DNA of 39,665 nt from Verrucomicrobiia bacterium (GTDB lineage: Bacteria; Verrucomicrobiota; Verrucomicrobiia; Limisphaerales; DASXHY01). This document shows positions 25,611-34,173 of this stretch, piece by piece. The position numbers and the translations under genes are program-made. Within the stretch, counting starts at the first letter, position 1; each line of letters starts with the position of its first letter. The stretch is taken from the NCBI GenBank assembly GCA_035701135.1, contig DASSNZ010000420.1, positions 1-39,665 on the forward strand, read 5' to 3'. Under the pieces are notes generated by a model, which did no database searches, had not been told where the DNA came from, and worked only from the letters and a program-made list of their open reading frames with translations.

Positions 25611-27089
25611 TTATTTTGCCGGAGCCGCAATTCTCCAGATGGCCCATCGCCCGCCGCGATTTGACATGAAATAAACCCATTTGCCGTCCGGAGACAAAAG
25701 CGGATAGCGGTCAATCGAGCCGTTGGTTGTCAATTGCTGCTTGTTCGAGCCGTCAAAATTCATGGACCAGATGTCCTCGTTCGGGCGGCCGGTGGAATCG
25801 CTGCCCTCCATCGCTGTATAGACAATTTCGCTTCCGTCCGCGCTCCATGCGGGGTACGAAAACGGTGTTTTTTCGGCGAACCCGAAATTGCTCAGGAAAG
25901 CCTCGTAATGAGCGAGTTCGTCTGCGGCAAGGCTGGATTTGTAACGTTCGAGAATTCTATCGGCGCCAAATGTCAATTGCGTTGCCTGCGAGCCGTCCGT
26001 CCGAACTTCCCATAAATTTCCGTCCGCTCCGATATACGCGATGTATTTTCCGTCCGGGCTGATCGCGGGCTGGCTGCCGATTTGAATCTGGGTCGGGAAC
26101 TGGTTGGGGCCGCCCAGCGTCCAGATTGTAAAGCGTTGTTTTGGATCAAGGGCGTGCGAATCTTCGATGCAAAATGCGATGGTGCCGTCTTTGGATTCGG
26201 TGGGTTGCATGAGCCGTCCATCGCGATGCACGTAAATGTCCGAGATGCCGCCGCGATGCAGCGCGCTGATGCGAAGAATATCCTCGGAATTTGCGCGACG
26301 GCGATTGGAGGCAAACAACAGATATTGGCCGTCCGAGGTGAAGCTCGGGAACATGTCCCGAAAATTTTCGGAAGTAATATGCTCGATGCCGCCCGCGTTG
26401 ATGCTGATTCCGTTCAGATTTGCTCCGGCGACATCCACCGTTTGCAGCGTGTTCGCGCTCGGCAATTTCCATAAATCCGCCGGAGGAACGACATAACTGG
26501 CGACCGAGTAAACAATTCGCGAGCCGTCGGGTGAAAGCGCGAGGCTTTGAACACCGATATTGTCTCCGAATTCGGCGATTTTCGTGGGAACCGAACCGCC
26601 GGCTTCGCTCACGTCTTTATACGCGCGGGACCACATCACGACACCGCGCCAGGATTGGCGGGAATCCAAAATCACTTCGAGATAGGGAACCACGAGAAAC
26701 AATTTTTCGTCCAGCTTCAAATCCAATCTCCGGTTCCCGTCATTGACCTGTTGTGGCAACAACGAAAAAAGCTGGCGGGTCACGTTCGTTGTGACACCCG
26801 AGTAACGCTCGGCAAGACTTGACGGCGGCTTCACGTCCACGGTGTAGGTTTGATTTGCGGAAGAAAAATTCACCGGAACTTCAAGCGGAGCAACGCCGGA
26901 AATAACTTTTTTATTTTTCGTATTTCGAACCGTTACCTGCGCTCCCGCCGGTGCCGTTACAATCTCCAATCGGGGAGACGAACAACCCGCCAGCAGAATG
27001 GCCGACAGTCCGATTGCGCCGAACAAAATCCGGCGCGGGTTTTTTAAGGTGAAAGAATATTTGTAGAGAGTTTTATGAGTGGATTTCAT
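25611..27089 (-). CDS. TolB-like beta-propeller (PD40/WD40-like repeat) lipoprotein
   Basis: Trimmed to ATG 27089. The lipobox is ILLAGCSS. Repeated PD40 motifs are present: PSFTSDGQYLLFASNRR, PAISPDGKYIAYIG, PAWSADGSEIVYTA, PLLSPDGKWVYFMSNRGG. Confidence 0.8.
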   Translation of the reverse strand: MKSTHKTLYKYSFTLKNPRRILFGAIGLSAILLAGCSSPRLEIVTAPAGAQVTVRNTKNKKVISGVAPLEVPVNFSSANQTYTVDVKPPSSLAERYSGVTTNVTRQLFSLLPQQVNDGNRRLDLKLDEKLFLVVPYLEVILDSRQSWRGVVMWSRAYKDVSEAGGSVPTKIAEFGDNIGVQSLALSPDGSRIVYSVASYVVPPADLWKLPSANTLQTVDVAGANLNGISINAGGIEHITSENFRDMFPSFTSDGQYLLFASNRRRANSEDILRISALHRGGISDIYVHRDGRLMQPTESKDGTIAFCIEDSHALDPKQRFTIWTLGGPNQFPTQIQIGSQPAISPDGKYIAYIGADGNLWEVRTDGSQATQLTFGADRILERYKSSLAADELAHYEAFLSNFGFAEKTPFSYPAWSADGSEIVYTAMEGSDSTGRPNEDIWSMNFDGSNKQQLTTNGSIDRYPLLSPDGKWVYFMSNRGGRWAIWRIAAPAK

Positions 27090-27284
27090 AATATTGCCCA
27101 GGCTGATTGCGCGAATTAAATAATGTCCGGAAATTGCTGTCAAGCATCCGGAGACGATTTTTTTTGCGCCCCTTTTTAACATTGAATTGAGCCGGTTAAC
27201 GGCGCGAACAAATGGTTAGGATTCCCGAAATCAGCGCCCGATCTTGCGTTTGGAAACGAATGCAACCGTCGGAACCGGCGGTCC

Positions 27285-29012
27285 TTATTTTTCAGAACCC
27301 AGAATCGTCCATTGTCCGCGAACCAGCTTGCGCACCTGCGGCGTGCCGGGAGGCAGTTTGGATTGATCGAGGAAATTCACGTCGAAAGCCCATTTGCGAT
27401 TTGGCGCGGTATAATAACTGCCGTAGCTCCAGGCGTTTGTCGCGTATTGGCTTTCGAACATCATGACCATGGAACCGTTGTAGGTCAGCGTTTTGCCGCT
27501 CCAGTTTTCCAGCAGTCGCACAAAATTTTCCACTCCGCCGCTGTAGTCTTTTTTTGTGGTCTTCACAATGCCGCTGATCAAAGCGGCGTTGACCGTGGTG
27601 TTCGCGGCGGAAACGTTTTTGCCGTGGTCATCCTGCCAATCGTTCGAAAGAATCGTAATCGCGTCGCCGACAAGGGAGGCAGGTTTGCTTTTCGAGGTGT
27701 CGCTGGAACCTTCCTTGCCGTTGCTCAGATTAAAATTGCCCTGAACGTACATGGGCAACTCGGTCGCCACGGTGAGTCCGTCGTCCGGCAACACGGGACC
27801 GTGAGAAACGCGGACGGCAGTGAGCGTGCTGCCGGACTGCGGACGATGGTCCTCCACGTAGATCGAATTGATTCCGTGACCTTCAAGACCGTCGGCCAGA
27901 TCGTTGATCTGTCCGCCTTTCGTCGGATTTTTCAACCACATGTTAAGTTTGGAAACGTCAATGTCCGTCACGGAAACCGATTTGCCTTCGCGATAATCTT
28001 TGAACGAGTTATCCGTTTTGATGAATGAATAGCTGGTCTGGCCGAATTTATTTGTCGTATCGGGTGGAATGGCGGTGAAGAGATGCCATCCGCCGGTTTT
28101 AACGCTGACATTTCCCGATGAATCCGTGGTGACGATCAGGTCCGCTTTGTTGTAATAACGTTCTTTGCCCACGGCGGAATCGGGATCCTCGCCATCGGGC
28201 GGCGGCTCGAGAATTTGACGCACTGAAGCCGGATCGTTATTGGCGCCGACGGGAAGGGTCAGCGAACTGACTTTTTCGAGATGCTGCGCGTCGTAAGTCG
28301 GTTTTTGATGCGCGTTGTCGTAGTTCGGATCGTTGGGATCGCGATGATTGAAAATCTGGCCCACGGCCGTCACCGAGTCCTCGTAGGTCAATGAATTTTC
28401 CGGCGCGGTGTAAATGGTGCCGTTGCTGTGGACTTTTCCATTGATGACCATTTTCGCGCCGGGATTGATTTCCAGGTCAAGCGTGTAAAAAATCGCAAAC
28501 TGAAACACCGGAATGGACGCGAGTTGAATGTCCTGGCTGACGGTTGCGGAAAGATCATAAAGCCGATTCAGCGGACGCGCCGAAGACGTGACGCGAAACG
28601 GCATCACCAATCCATACAATCCGTTGAACTGCGAATTCAGGTTCATCGTGACAGCCGAGCCAAGGCTTTCGACGCCGGTCGTATCGCTCGCGCCTTTTCC
28701 GTCGCTGAACGCGAATTGCACCGGCCATCCGCTCTCCAGAGTTTTTGGCGTGAGATTTTCATACACGCTCAGGTCGGAATTCACGCTTTGATTGATGAAA
28801 TCGCGGTCCATTTTGGAGATCGCCATTTCCGTCGCGGCTTCGGCTGCGGAAACGGAGGCATTGTAAAGATTGTTCCGCTCGGTCAGCGACGATTGCGTGT
28901 AAGTCAATCGCGTGAGGCTGGCCAGCATCGCGAGCATGATCGCGAGGAAAAACATCGTGAGCGCCAGCGCGTAACCACCGGCCCGCGGTGGAAAATCAAT
29001 TCGGATACGCAT
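27285..29012 (-). CDS. Large PilX/GspK-like minor pseudopilin-associated protein
   Basis: An N-terminal hydrophobic helix is followed by a PilX_N-like segment (GYALALTMFFLAIMLAMLASLTRLTYTQSSLTERNNLYNASVSAAEAATEMAI). It is the last gene of the pseudopilin operon. Confidence 0.65.
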   Translation of the reverse strand: MRIRIDFPPRAGGYALALTMFFLAIMLAMLASLTRLTYTQSSLTERNNLYNASVSAAEAATEMAISKMDRDFINQSVNSDLSVYENLTPKTLESGWPVQFAFSDGKGASDTTGVESLGSAVTMNLNSQFNGLYGLVMPFRVTSSARPLNRLYDLSATVSQDIQLASIPVFQFAIFYTLDLEINPGAKMVINGKVHSNGTIYTAPENSLTYEDSVTAVGQIFNHRDPNDPNYDNAHQKPTYDAQHLEKVSSLTLPVGANNDPASVRQILEPPPDGEDPDSAVGKERYYNKADLIVTTDSSGNVSVKTGGWHLFTAIPPDTTNKFGQTSYSFIKTDNSFKDYREGKSVSVTDIDVSKLNMWLKNPTKGGQINDLADGLEGHGINSIYVEDHRPQSGSTLTAVRVSHGPVLPDDGLTVATELPMYVQGNFNLSNGKEGSSDTSKSKPASLVGDAITILSNDWQDDHGKNVSAANTTVNAALISGIVKTTKKDYSGGVENFVRLLENWSGKTLTYNGSMVMMFESQYATNAWSYGSYYTAPNRKWAFDVNFLDQSKLPPGTPQVRKLVRGQWTILGSEK

Positions 29013-29024
29013 GAGTCAAAAAGC

Positions 29025-29639
29025 TTATTCAATCAGCCGGCGCGTGATCCGGGTCTGAATTCGGTAATAGTCGTACATCCCGCCCTGCCCGATGGTCGTG
29101 ATCGGATATTCCCACTGATAAAATTCGAGCGTCATCCGAATGACGCGATTGTTCACATCGATTGTCAGCACGGTTCCATTGAAATCCTCGGCCTGGAAAA
29201 CCATTTGGTTGGTGACGAATTGCGCGATCACCCTGGGCGTTGCGTCGCTTGCGGTGACGCTTTTTAAATTTTTATCTTCCAAATCGAGATAGTAACGCGT
29301 GTAGGCGCTCAGGTTTGTTGTCGCGTAAATCTGCAACGCATTTCCGATTTGCGGTTCGCCGTCCTCAATATTCGTAAAACCCGCGGCGTCGCCGTTGCCG
29401 ACATAAACCAGCTTGGCCTGCCGGACCTGCTCGCGAATCTGATTCAACGCCCGGCGTCCGTCCGCGGTAGCGGCCAGCTTGGTTTCCGAAACGTGATACA
29501 ACCGCAATCCGAAAAGCTGACATGAAACGAGAGCGACGATCAAAAGCGAAAAAATCGCGACCACAACCATCATTTCCGCCAGAGTGAACGCCCGTGTTCC
29601 GGACCCGCGCGCGAAAAAGTTTGAAGTGAAAGTTTTCAT
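29025..29639 (-). CDS. Prepilin-type N-terminal cleavage/methylation domain protein (pseudopilin)
   Basis: Trimmed to ATG 29639. The motif is G-TRAFTLAEMMVVVAIFSLLIV. There is a 4-nt ATGA overlap with the upstream gene. Confidence 0.8.
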   Translation of the reverse strand: MKTFTSNFFARGSGTRAFTLAEMMVVVAIFSLLIVALVSCQLFGLRLYHVSETKLAATADGRRALNQIREQVRQAKLVYVGNGDAAGFTNIEDGEPQIGNALQIYATTNLSAYTRYYLDLEDKNLKSVTASDATPRVIAQFVTNQMVFQAEDFNGTVLTIDVNNRVIRMTLEFYQWEYPITTIGQGGMYDYYRIQTRITRRLIE

Positions 29640-30097
29640 TGATCGGGAGCGCGAAACGTAACCACCGTGTTTGTGAACAGTCCGCGCGTTGAAAATCGCC
29701 ACACGCAATCCGCCCTGATCTCGCGCAGCGGCGGATTGGTTGAAACGAGCCGGATACTAATGTAATTCGTCGCGTACTCCGGCTCGTGTGAAACGGGAAT
29801 ATCAAGCGTGTCCACCTGCACGAAATTCGTCGGCGGCAATTCGTCCACTTGCGGCCAGGCCTGCGGATCCCACTTTGCCGCGCGCGCCTGCTCCACGCCT
29901 TGCGACGCGAGCGATTGCGCCGCCAACGAATGCGCGCTCCACTCCGCGCGACTTGAAGCCGTCACGTAACCCAGGATGGTTCCCTGAATGACAATTGCGA
30001 ACACCGCCAGTGAAATGACAACCTCGGCGAGAGTAAAACCGGATTGGAATTTTCTTCTCCTCGAACCGAAATCTGAACCGAAATTATTTCCGAACAT
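29636..30097 (-). CDS. Prepilin-type N-terminal cleavage/methylation domain protein (pseudopilin)
   Basis: Trimmed to ATG 30097. The motif is QSGFTLAEVVISLAVFAIVIQG. Confidence 0.8.
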   Translation of the reverse strand: MFGNNFGSDFGSRRRKFQSGFTLAEVVISLAVFAIVIQGTILGYVTASSRAEWSAHSLAAQSLASQGVEQARAAKWDPQAWPQVDELPPTNFVQVDTLDIPVSHEPEYATNYISIRLVSTNPPLREIRADCVWRFSTRGLFTNTVVTFRAPDQ

Positions 30098-30397
30098 CGC
30101 TGTTTTTTCTTTCCCGCGCGGCCATTTAAGAAAAAGCAGCAACAACGCCAGACCGGTTTTTCCGGCAACGTTTGATTTTCCGGGCAAAAAGAAATTTTCT
30201 CAATTCTGCAATGTCCCGCAAATTGACAAAGCCGGGACGAAACTGATCGTGAACCGAACAGATCAAACACAATCTTGAGCGACAATCGCCTTCAAATCGT
30301 CTCCGACTCGTTATGCGGAAAATCCATTTCTCGATTTTGCAAAATCGTGACAACTGCGGCTTGCGGTCGCCATAGATTTGCCTGCATAAAGAAACAA

Positions 30398-32659
30398 ATG
30401 ACGGGAGCGCGCGAACAAACAAAATTCCAATTCTCCTGGCTCACTGTTTTCGTCCTGCTGGTCATCGTCGGCCTCGCGGCGCTCGGTTTGAATTCTCTGA
30501 AAGAAGACCGGCGGGTCACTGAACAGGACGCGCAAGTCGTAGCCAACGCGCTGGCGACTTCGCTGGCGCACGACGGCAGCGTTTCCATGATCGAAGCCAT
30601 CCGGCGTTTCACCGGCGAAACCGAAGCTTCGAGAAACGCTCTCGTTCGCATCGCGTGCGGCGGCGACACCAACGAGGCCGACATCGCAACGAACGCCTTT
30701 TTTCTGTCACGCGTGCCGGCATCGGTCCTCAGCGGATTGCCCCGGGCGCTATGCTTTGTCCAAAATCCCGGTTTGTCGCAAACGCCAGATTTCCCCGCGG
30801 TGCCCGAAACTCCAGAATGGCTGCTGGAAACGCCTGCCGATTGGCTGGAAAAATGGCAAACCGCGGAGCGCCATTCGCGCGAATCGCCGGATTCGCCTGA
30901 AACCAAAACGCAACTCGAAGAAATTGAAAAATCCGACATTCATCCGCTGGACGCCAACGCGCAATTGCGTCTTGCCGAAATCGAACCGCTTTCCTCAAAG
31001 CGAAAACTTCCGCTGTTGTTTAACGGAATTCTTTACAACGACAATCCCACAACGCCGAGCGGAACGCCCATCGCTGATCTCGCTTTGCTCAACGCCATCC
31101 AGTCCGCGCCGTCGGAAACGTGGTTCGGAAAAATCATCACGGAAATCGCGTCGCGGGAATTTTTCCATCCTTCATTTCTTACCGGGAAACTTCTCGATGA
31201 ATTGGACGCCCGGGCGCGACAGGATTTCACGAACATGCTCGAACGGGTTTTCGCCGCGCGCGTGCTTTGGAGCATGGAACAAAACACGCGCCCGATTTTG
31301 AGCGAATGGCGAAATCGTCCGGCTGCCGGACGCGGAATTTTCCACACGCGTTCGGAAGGGAAAAATTATTTTCTGTTTGTAAATCCGTCGCCTTACATTT
31401 TGACAAACGTAATCGTTCGTCCCGGTTCTTCGGCAACGAACGTCGAGCGAGGCATGGATCATTTAATCGCCATCGTGCCGGATTCCGTTTTAGCGAATGC
31501 GATTCAAAAAACTGCCGCGCAAATGGCATCGCGCTGGCCGCGATATTTTTCCGCTGAAATGGAAATGGCCGGAATCCGTTTCCCGGTCATTTCACCCGAT
31601 TCCAAATCGCACGCTGAAAACGCTGGAAAAATTCTGGCCACCACCGGCGGAACAATTTCAGGCGCAACGCCGGGAGTTTTTCCATTCACGATTTCCGTGC
31701 GTCTGGCGAATCCGACGCTGCTTTTCCAGCGGCAACGAATGCGCGTGTTGATTTTTGGCGCGCTGGTCATCGCGGCCGGAGTTGTCGCGTTGTTCGGCGC
31801 GTGGCAATTGCAGAAAAACCTCAGCGCGCAACTCCGGCTCAACGAGCAGAAATCCAATTTCGTTTCCAGCGTTTCGCACGAATTGCGCGCGCCGATCGCA
31901 TCGGTGCGGCTCATGGCCGAAAGCCTGGAACGCGGAAAAATTTCCGGCGCGGAAAAGCAAAACGAATATTTCCGTTTCATCGTGCAGGAATGCCGGCGGC
32001 TTTCATCGCTCATTGAAAATGTTCTGGATTTTTCGCGCATCGAACTAGGCCGCAAGCAATACGAATTCGAGCCGACCGACATGCTCGCGCTCGCGCGTGA
32101 AACGGTGAAGCTCATGGAACCTTACGCGACGGAAAAAGGCGTGCGCCTGGAATTTGAAACATCGAACATCCAACATCGAACGCCGGACATCGAATCGCAA
32201 ACTTCTCAACTCGAAACCCCAAACCCGAAACTCGAAACCCGGAACGTTGAACTCAACGTGGATGGCCGGGCGATTCAGCAGGCGTTGGTGAACCTGATTG
32301 ATAACGCGATCAAGCATTCTGCGAAAAATGAGGTGGTAAAAGTTGAGTTGTTGGAAGCGACGCCGTCAGCCCGGTCCGGCAATCATTTTCCATGCGCCAT
32401 TCTTCTTTCCGTTTCCGACAGCGGCCCGGGAATTCCCGAAAGCGAGCGCGAGAAAATTTTCGATCGTTTTTATCGGCGCGGCTCGGAATTGCGGCGCGAA
32501 ACCCAGGGCGTCGGAATCGGATTAAGCATTGTCAAACATATTGTCGAAGCGCACGGAGGAATGGTGAAAGTGGAAAGCGAAGTCGGAAAAGGCAGCCGCT
32601 TTATCATGGAATTTTCGTTGAACCGCAGAGACGCCGAGACGCAGAGGTCGGTAGAATGA
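30398..32659 (+). CDS. Sensor histidine kinase with a large periplasmic sensor domain
   Basis: Trimmed to ATG 30398. TM1 is FSWLTVFVLLVIVGLAALGL and TM2 is VLIFGALVIAAGVVALFGAW. The H-box is FVSSVSHELRAPI, the N-box is LVNLIDNAIKHS, and the G-boxes are DSGPGIP and GVGIGLSIV. Confidence 0.88.
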   Translation: MTGAREQTKFQFSWLTVFVLLVIVGLAALGLNSLKEDRRVTEQDAQVVANALATSLAHDGSVSMIEAIRRFTGETEASRNALVRIACGGDTNEADIATNAFFLSRVPASVLSGLPRALCFVQNPGLSQTPDFPAVPETPEWLLETPADWLEKWQTAERHSRESPDSPETKTQLEEIEKSDIHPLDANAQLRLAEIEPLSSKRKLPLLFNGILYNDNPTTPSGTPIADLALLNAIQSAPSETWFGKIITEIASREFFHPSFLTGKLLDELDARARQDFTNMLERVFAARVLWSMEQNTRPILSEWRNRPAAGRGIFHTRSEGKNYFLFVNPSPYILTNVIVRPGSSATNVERGMDHLIAIVPDSVLANAIQKTAAQMASRWPRYFSAEMEMAGIRFPVISPDSKSHAENAGKILATTGGTISGATPGVFPFTISVRLANPTLLFQRQRMRVLIFGALVIAAGVVALFGAWQLQKNLSAQLRLNEQKSNFVSSVSHELRAPIASVRLMAESLERGKISGAEKQNEYFRFIVQECRRLSSLIENVLDFSRIELGRKQYEFEPTDMLALARETVKLMEPYATEKGVRLEFETSNIQHRTPDIESQTSQLETPNPKLETRNVELNVDGRAIQQALVNLIDNAIKHSAKNEVVKVELLEATPSARSGNHFPCAILLSVSDSGPGIPESEREKIFDRFYRRGSELRRETQGVGIGLSIVKHIVEAHGGMVKVESEVGKGSRFIMEFSLNRRDAETQRSVE
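32156..32255 (+). repeat. In-frame low-complexity repeat block inside the kinase ATPase domain; the first 39 nt are an inverted copy of the intergenic heptamer module
   Basis: gaaacatcgaacatccaacatcgaacgccggacatcgaa has the reverse complement ttcgatgtccggcgttcgatgttggatgttcgatgtttc. That matches ttcaatgttcggcgttcgatgttggatgttcgatgtttt at 32976-33013, apart from 3 mismatches by eye. A CTCGAAAC-type octamer run follows. The block is translated as NIQHRTPDIESQTSQLETPNPKLETRN. Confidence 0.8.
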
Positions 32660-33219
32660 AACCGAGCAATTCACTTCAATTCCCCTTCTCTGCGCCTCAG
32701 CGCCTCTGCGTTGAAAAAATTGTATCGCGCGAACGGAATCGCCCGCGGTTCAATGTTCGGCGTTCGCTGTTGGATGTTCGATGTTTTTCAATTGATCCAT
32801 GTCCCGAAATCGGAAAAGGCAGCCGCTTTATCATGAAATTTTCGTTAAACCGCAGAGATGCCGAGACGCAGAGGTCGGTAGAATGAAACCGAGCGATTCA
32901 CTTCAATTCCCTTCCTCTGCGCCTCAGCGCCTCTGCGTTGAAAAAATCGTATCGCGCGAACGGAATTGCCCGCGGTTCAATGTTCGGCGTTCGATGTTGG
33001 ATGTTCGATGTTTTTCAATTGACCCATGTCCCGAAATCTGGAACCGCAGAGACGCAGAGATCGGTAGAATGAAACCGAGCAATTCACTTCAATTCCCTTT
33101 CTCTGCGTCTCAGCGCCTCTGCGTTGAAAAAATCGTATCGCTCGAACGGAATCGCCCGCGGTTCAATGTTCAGAGTTCAATGTTGGACGTTCGATGTTTT
33201 TCAATTGATCCATGTCCCG
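32580..33219 (+). repeat. Three tandem copies of a unit comprising the kinase 3' end, the intergenic spacer and the regulator start codon (227 + 227 + 186 bp)
   Basis: The copies are 32580-32806, 32807-33033 and 33034-33219. Each ends in ttcaattga(t/c)ccATGTCCCG. Copies 1 and 2 differ at about ten positions by eye. Copy 3 lacks about 41 nt. Each unit contains an imperfect hairpin (cgcagagacgccgagacgcagagg ... ctctgcgcctcagcgcctctgcg) and a degenerate (TTCGATG)x5 heptamer run. Confidence 0.9.
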
Positions 33220-33904
33220 CATTTTAATCATTGAAGACGAAACGCCGATGCGAACGGCATTGAAAGACGCGCTCACGGCGGAAGGTTATCGCGCGCTCAC
33301 CGCCGCCGATGGCGAGAGCGGATTGCGCCGCGCGCTTGCCGAAAAACCCGACCTGATTCTGCTCGACGTGATGATGCCGAAGCTCGACCGCTTCGCGCTC
33401 TGCGCCGAATTGCGTCGCTTGTCGAATCCGGTTCCGGTGCTGATGCTCACCGCGAAAGGCCAGATTGAGGATCGCGTAAACGGATTGGACGCCGGAGCGG
33501 ACGATTATCTTGTCAAGCCGTTCAGCACGGAGGAATTGCTCGCCCGCGTTCGCGCGCTGCTCCGGCGGCATCAACGACAGACGCGCGCCGCGACGCTTCT
33601 GAAATTCGGCGAAGTGGAAATTGATCTCGCGCGGCAATCCGCGTCACGCGGAAAAAAGCAGATTCATTTCACCGCGAAAGAATTTGCGATGCTGCGTCTC
33701 ATGGCGGAATCGCCGGGCGCACCGGTTTCACGCGAACGTTTTCTGGACGCGGTGTGGGGTTACGCGGCGTTTCCCACGACGCGCACGGTGGACAATCACA
33801 TCGCGACACTGCGACGGAAAATCGAGCCGGATCCGGATTCGCCGCGCTGGATCAAAACAGTGCATGGCGTCGGTTATAAACTGGAATCGGTTTCCGAAAA
33901 GTGA
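33212..33904 (+). CDS. OmpR/PhoB-family response regulator
   Basis: The receiver domain reads ILIIEDE...DLILLDVMMP...MLTAKG. The winged-helix output domain reads LTAKEFAMLRLM...TVDNHIATLRRKIE...IKTVHGVGYKL. Confidence 0.92.
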   Translation: MSRILIIEDETPMRTALKDALTAEGYRALTAADGESGLRRALAEKPDLILLDVMMPKLDRFALCAELRRLSNPVPVLMLTAKGQIEDRVNGLDAGADDYLVKPFSTEELLARVRALLRRHQRQTRAATLLKFGEVEIDLARQSASRGKKQIHFTAKEFAMLRLMAESPGAPVSRERFLDAVWGYAAFPTTRTVDNHIATLRRKIEPDPDSPRWIKTVHGVGYKLESVSEK

Positions 33905-33927
33905 ACACCGAAACGAATCCGAAATCT

Positions 33928-34080
33928 GACACGGATTTCACGGATGAACACGGATTGAAAAAACGGCTCCGCCGCGATGAAGCCAATGTCGCGGGTGTCT
34001 TTGTCGTGCCACTACTTTCTGCGCCGGAAATTCTTCCCGTTAGCCGATATAAATCTGTGAAAATCCGTGCAATCCGTGTC
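33928..34080. repeat. Palindromic MITE/REP-like element (CACGGAT-type terminal inverted repeats)
   Basis: Left arm: gacacggatttcacggatgaacacggat. Right arm: atctgtgaaaatccgtgcaatccgtgtc. About 97 nt lie between the arms. It is homologous in architecture and sequence to 12094-12230. Confidence 0.7.
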
Positions 34081-34173
34081 TCGCTTTAAAGTGCAATTCG
34101 CGTCCGATTTTGCAAAACTGTGACAAACCCGACGCGCGCCGAAGTTAAACTTCAGGCAAACACTGGAACATTT

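Noticed and set aside
32580-33219. Repeat array that might be mistaken for a CRISPR locus
   Set aside because: The units are 186-227 bp and directly abut each other with no unique spacers. They are duplicated gene-end and intergenic sequence. No cas genes are present.
32392-33227. Track ORFs 32392..32886 (164 aa) and 32799..33227 (142 aa) as protein-coding genes
   Set aside because: Both are read-throughs of the tandem duplication. They carry repeated peptide blocks and the duplicated kinase tail GKGSRFIMKFSLNRRDAETQRSVE. They are more parsimoniously duplication by-products, though the 32799 frame is discussed as a possible decoy.
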